This document shows, one piece after another, positions 44,666-48,269 of a DNA stretch of 48,269 nt (positions are counted from its first letter, which is position 1; each line of letters opens with the position of its first letter). The stretch spans positions 1-48,269 of the IMG/VR virus record IMGVR_UViG_3300005323_000056, one strand, 5' to 3'. Origin of the DNA: a virus. Lineage: Duplodnaviria; Caudoviricetes. The position numbers and the translations under genes are program-made. The notes under the pieces were generated by a model. That model had not been told where the DNA came from and searched no databases. It worked only from the letters and a program-made list of their open reading frames with translations.

Positions 44666-45919
44666 ATGGGAAGTATTTACGGTTCAGACGCAATAGTGTA
44701 TATTGCAGAAGAAGATATTAAGTGCGGTCATCTTGCCGTTGTTGACAACAAAACAAGACGGTTACGAAAGGCAGATGATATAGCGTTCAACTTTGTCATC
44801 CAAGAGCGTGATGCTGGTAAGAAAGCGTATGAGCAATACTTAACAGTTACAACAGAATCGCCAAAGTTCAAGAAAGGCGATACGGTACGGCTTATTGATT
44901 GCTACACGAAAGATCCAATATATAAGCGATTCAACCGTAAAGAACGCAAGATCATGTCGCAATTTGCAAACACCGATCTTGAAATAGAGTTTGGTTATGA
45001 TGGGTTTTGGGGCGTTAAACATATTCCCTTCATGCTTCCTGAATCTTTTCTTATCCATGCCGACAAAAAGTTCAAGACCGTTGTGTCCATCTCTGGCATA
45101 GACCAGAACGGCAAGCACGTTACGGAAGAGATACCATGCACTGGTGTGAGCAAGAACGTGTTCAAGACGGTTGGCAGACCAGCCCCGCAAGTGGCTTTCA
45201 ATCCGTTGCATACCGTTTGCCCTAACTGCCTGAAATCATTCCACAGGGACGAAGAACCCTATTGCACCCATTGTGGGTATCCGTCGCATCATAAAATGAA
45301 CGGAGAGATTACCAATTGGTGGCGTGACGAGTGCCGCGAACAGCCGGTAGGGCGTTACGATGACTGCACAGGGTGGGATACTCTATATTGCGGAGGACGC
45401 CAGAACGGGAAGTCTCTGCAAGCATTTGCAGCCGAGTTAAACAGAATTGCAACTAACTTTATGGCTGTCATTAAAAAGGATCTCACGGAAGAAGAATTTG
45501 AAACACTAAAAAGGCAACTTGAACAAAAATATTCCGATCTTATGGTTGGCAGAGGCACCTATAAGTCTGTGATTGTCGCGTCTTTTGACAAGCAGATTAC
45601 AGAACTCAAGAAGCGCATCATTCCCGAAAAGCGCAAATGGACGGAAGCGGAGATGCGGGAAGCCAAAGATATTGTCTATGGCTTGATGATTGACCGTTCG
45701 TTTTCGGCAATACAGGTTGATTCTACTCATAGTGAAAAGAGCAAGGTGATAACAGCCCATTATATCCAAAGGCAATATGACAATTCGTGGTCTATTATAG
45801 AGGGAGCATCGGCGAAATGTTCTGACGGCGACGAATACAACGAAGCAATAGGCATTATGGTTGCTGTGTGCAAACTGTGCAAAGAAAAACTTCCATCATG
45901 GATCAAAGGCGGTGCTTAA
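44666..45919 (+). CDS. Modular 417-aa protein containing virion/packaging-protein-like fragments
   Basis: KFKKGDTVR SH3-like module, zinc ribbon, GGRQNGKS, GRGTYKS, C-terminal AKCS.GDEYNE.IG..VA module. Confidence 0.8.
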   Translation: MGSIYGSDAIVYIAEEDIKCGHLAVVDNKTRRLRKADDIAFNFVIQERDAGKKAYEQYLTVTTESPKFKKGDTVRLIDCYTKDPIYKRFNRKERKIMSQFANTDLEIEFGYDGFWGVKHIPFMLPESFLIHADKKFKTVVSISGIDQNGKHVTEEIPCTGVSKNVFKTVGRPAPQVAFNPLHTVCPNCLKSFHRDEEPYCTHCGYPSHHKMNGEITNWWRDECREQPVGRYDDCTGWDTLYCGGRQNGKSLQAFAAELNRIATNFMAVIKKDLTEEEFETLKRQLEQKYSDLMVGRGTYKSVIVASFDKQITELKKRIIPEKRKWTEAEMREAKDIVYGLMIDRSFSAIQVDSTHSEKSKVITAHYIQRQYDNSWSIIEGASAKCSDGDEYNEAIGIMVAVCKLCKEKLPSWIKGGA

Positions 45920-46068
45920 TGGTAAAACTGTATTCGCTTACAGTACACGGAACAAACAAGACATGGGCGTTTGAGATTGAAGCGGAACCGGAATGGGTTG
46001 ACGATTGGCGCAATGACGGTCTTGAGATTGACGAGATAGTATGGCAAACGGAGGGGGCGGTTAAATGA
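45919..46068 (+). CDS. Hypothetical protein
   Basis: TAATG-coupled start; DWRNDGLEIDEI. Confidence 0.6.
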   Translation: MVKLYSLTVHGTNKTWAFEIEAEPEWVDDWRNDGLEIDEIVWQTEGAVK

Positions 46069-46538
46069 TACTGTTGGCGATTGATCCTGGGAACGAGAAA
46101 AGCGCATACGTTTCTGTTGATGTTGAAACATATAAGCCGATCCTGTTTGACAAAATAGAAAACAAGAAACTATTGCGCTTTATAAGGGATGCTGGATTCG
46201 ACTATTCATATGCGGTAATTGAGTCTGTTGCGTCGTATGGAATGGCTGTTGGGAAAGAAGTATTTGAAACTTGCATTTGGATTGGAAGGTTTGACATGGC
46301 AATTCATTACGAAATGTGGATAATACCTTCCCTTGTCTATCGCAAAGACGTTAAACTTAATTTGTGCGGATCACCTAGAGCAAAAGACAGCAATATCATT
46401 CAGGCATTGAAAGACAGGTTTGGCGACAAGGGTACAAAGGCAAATCCCGGCTGGTTTTATAATTTCAAATCGGATTGTTGGCAAGCCTATGCTCTTGCCG
46501 TTACATGGATTGACAATAACAAGGGGAAACAGCAATGA
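46065..46538 (+). CDS. RuvC-like Holliday junction resolvase
   Basis: ILLAIDPG...VIES...GMAVG..VFET..WIGRF...VK..LCG...AKD...D.WQAYALA. Confidence 0.8.
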   Translation: MILLAIDPGNEKSAYVSVDVETYKPILFDKIENKKLLRFIRDAGFDYSYAVIESVASYGMAVGKEVFETCIWIGRFDMAIHYEMWIIPSLVYRKDVKLNLCGSPRAKDSNIIQALKDRFGDKGTKANPGWFYNFKSDCWQAYALAVTWIDNNKGKQQ

Positions 46539-46870
46539 TAAGATCCGGTGACAATTCTCCGCTGTTTACCGTGTCGTTCGTCAAGCATGAGCTGCGAAAG
46601 GACGTTGAAGCAACCCTGTTTTCCATTCATGACAAGGTTGTTGACAGGAACGGCAAGCCAATAACGTACAAGGACAAGACCGGCGAGGTCAGAGAAAAAC
46701 TGTACTATCTGCTTGTAACCGTATGGGAAGACATTCCGCTGTTCGATGGCGATCAGGTACGCTTGCTGTCTTATTCTGACCTTTCCGTGTTCCAAATGAC
46801 AAACAAGGCCGGTTACACAAACACTTACTATTCCATATCCGCAACCGTGGAAATTGTAAAACAGTCTTGA
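46535..46870 (+). CDS. Putative OB-fold ssDNA-binding protein
   Basis: Beta-rich; FSI.DK...Y..VTVW....L.DGDQV.L; located in the replication module. Confidence 0.45.
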   Translation: MIRSGDNSPLFTVSFVKHELRKDVEATLFSIHDKVVDRNGKPITYKDKTGEVREKLYYLLVTVWEDIPLFDGDQVRLLSYSDLSVFQMTNKAGYTNTYYSISATVEIVKQS

Positions 46871-46894
46871 CAAAGACAATAATGACCGTATAAT
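46867..46894 (+). promoter_or_regulatory. sigmaA consensus promoter of the replication operon
   Basis: TTGACA-N16-TATAAT, then GAGGTGA RBS. Confidence 0.8.
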
Positions 46895-46912
46895 AGAAAG
46901 TGAGGTGATTGT

Positions 46913-47074
46913 ATGAAATTGTATAAGTTGAAGGAAGTTGCTGAACTTCTTCATGTAACATACAACACGGTTTACAACCTGATAAAAACCAACAAGATTA
47001 AGGCCGTGAAAATTGGCAGAACATTGCGTGTGTCACAAGAAGAGATTGACCGGCTGACGAAAGAAGGCACATGA
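46913..47074 (+). CDS. Excisionase-like HTH protein (53 aa, not in ORF track)
   Basis: MKLYKLKEVAELLHVTYNTVYNLIKTNKIKAVKIGRTLRVSQEEIDRL. Confidence 0.85.
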   Translation: MKLYKLKEVAELLHVTYNTVYNLIKTNKIKAVKIGRTLRVSQEEIDRLTKEGT

Positions 47075-47075
47075 T

Positions 47076-48050
47076 ATGGGGCAGTGTCCAATATCGGGAG
47101 GGTATATCCTTCTTGCGCGGCAATTACTTGAAAGCGGAATCATGTTAAAGCCACCAGAATACTTAAAGGCGTGGATATTTCTTCTTGGGAAGGCAAACTT
47201 CGCAGACGCCAATAATCTTCATAGAGGGCAGGGATTCACATCAATAAGCGAACTCATGGACGTTCTTTCATACAAGGTTGGATACCGGAAAGTGATACCC
47301 ACAAAGAAGAAAGTATGGGGAATAATTGACTGGTTGAGGGGGTCTTACGAAGGTCACCATGAAGGGTACAATGAAGGTTCTATGAAGGTAACGGCGAACG
47401 TACCAATGATTGAAACAACGAAGGTAACACATGGATTTGTCTACACCATCTGCAAATACGACGTTTACCAGAACTCTAACAACTACGAAGGTAACAAGGA
47501 ACAAACAAGCGAAGGTAACAACGAAGGTCTTGCGAAGGAATTACGAAGGGAACCGGAGGGGAACAATAAATATAAGAATGATAAGAATGATAAGAAAATA
47601 AGAAAGAAAGGTATCTCTTTTAGCGAGCAGGATATGGTCTTGTGCAAAGAGATAACGGAATCATGGAACACTATTGTTAAGTCATTGCCAAAAGTAAGCC
47701 AGTTGGGGAAATCAAGATTGTCGGCAATATTGGATCTGTATAAACAAGTTGGCAGCGTTGAGGAAATAGGCTATGGATTTTCAAAGGTTGAACAGTCTGA
47801 TTATTTGAAGGGGAAAGGCAGACAATGGAAAGCTACGTTTGACTGGGCTATAAAATATGACAACTGGCTAAAAGTGTTTGATGGGAATTATGACAATGGT
47901 GAGCCACTTAAAGAACCAAAACCGTTTAATCATTCTAAAACATCCAAACCTGCAAACATAGGAAACTTTGAGCAAAGAGAATACAGCCAGCAGGATTATG
48001 CACAGATGTATGAAAGCATTGAAATCAAAGATGATGGAAAGGCAGAGTGA
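47076..48050 (+). CDS. Phage replication initiator (replisome organizer)
   Basis: GYILLARQLLES...WIFLL.KAN...L.RGQ..TSI..L N-domain; iteron-containing linker; SDYL.G...WKATFDW.IK......V.DGNYDN C-domain. Confidence 0.85.
   Translation: MGQCPISGGYILLARQLLESGIMLKPPEYLKAWIFLLGKANFADANNLHRGQGFTSISELMDVLSYKVGYRKVIPTKKKVWGIIDWLRGSYEGHHEGYNEGSMKVTANVPMIETTKVTHGFVYTICKYDVYQNSNNYEGNKEQTSEGNNEGLAKELRREPEGNNKYKNDKNDKKIRKKGISFSEQDMVLCKEITESWNTIVKSLPKVSQLGKSRLSAILDLYKQVGSVEEIGYGFSKVEQSDYLKGKGRQWKATFDWAIKYDNWLKVFDGNYDNGEPLKEPKPFNHSKTSKPANIGNFEQREYSQQDYAQMYESIEIKDDGKAE
47345..47610 (+). repeat. Iteron-like repeats and A-rich tract: putative replication origin
   Basis: About ten GAAGG(T) units at roughly 11-12 nt spacing in two clusters, then ATAAGAATG/ATAAGAAA repeats. 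Confidence 0.7.
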
Positions 48051-48053
48051 ATT

Positions 48054-48218
48054 ATGAATCCAGCGGTGACAGAAACAATATGCAAATCAAACCCGGAAGA
48101 GCGTCAGGAAAGCCTTGCCAAGATAACGTCATTCATAGAAACATTCAAGCCAATAACATTCAAGTTTGATGAAAAAAGAAAGTACGGAGAAAAGATAAAG
48201 AAAGGAAAATTCGCATGA
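48054..48218 (+). CDS. Hypothetical 54-aa protein running into the terminal repeat
   Basis: MNPAVTETICKSNPEERQESLAK...; ATGA overlap with the ORF starting at 69. Confidence 0.55.
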   Translation: MNPAVTETICKSNPEERQESLAKITSFIETFKPITFKFDEKRKYGEKIKKGKFA

Positions 48219-48269
48219 ACGAAAAAGAATACACATACACAGCTTCAGAACGTGAAACAATCATTCGCT
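48147..48269. repeat. Terminal direct repeat, right copy
   Basis: Identical to 1-123. Confidence 0.95.

Noticed and set aside
44666-45919. 417-aa protein as a real P-loop ATPase or second terminase
   Set aside because: The Walker A peptides lack the following beta-strands and a Walker B, and the flanking modules are unrelated.
48147-48269. 123-bp repeat as a biological direct terminal repeat
   Set aside because: It falls in the middle of coupled ORFs and is k-mer sized; an assembler overlap of a circular contig is the more likely explanation.
1-48269. Stop-codon reassignment or tRNA genes
   Set aside because: Long genes are intact in code 11 with dense packing, and no cloverleaf or T-loop was recognised by eye (tRNAscan would be decisive).

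Overview
The window is most likely a complete, circularly assembled tailed-phage genome of about 48,146 bp: bases 1-123 are repeated exactly at 48147-48269. The host is probably a Bacillota/Clostridia-like bacterium (strong AGGAGG/GAGGTG RBSs, sigmaA-like promoters, M15 endolysin, SleB-like hydrolase, YopX). The virion module lies on the minus strand (about 36200 to 8366) and looks podovirus/P22-like: TerS, TerL, portal, scaffold, capsid, adaptor, nozzle, fibres, a beta-helix protein, two ejection proteins, holins and endolysin. Early and middle genes lie on the plus strand (36884 to the end, then 1-8333) and include many small ORFs, Bet/RecT, Mu-Gam-like, RuvC-like, a replication initiator with internal iterons, ASCH proteins, PAPS reductase, Lar-like, YopX, a degenerate RusA and an HNH. 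I recognised no integrase, repressor, DNA polymerase, helicase, tRNA, CRISPR array or reverse transcriptase. Highlights: (1) a 417-aa early protein built from short pieces that resemble terminase Walker A motifs, a portal helix, a capsid-decoration N-terminus and this phage's own virion domain, a candidate multi-decoy against phage-sensing immunity; (2) a hammerhead and a twister ribozyme plus further structured RNAs in early intergenic spacers; (3) a CATG-saturated non-coding block between the divergent arms; (4) one ~95-aa domain present in three different virion proteins. All protein family calls come from motif recognition by eye, not database searches.
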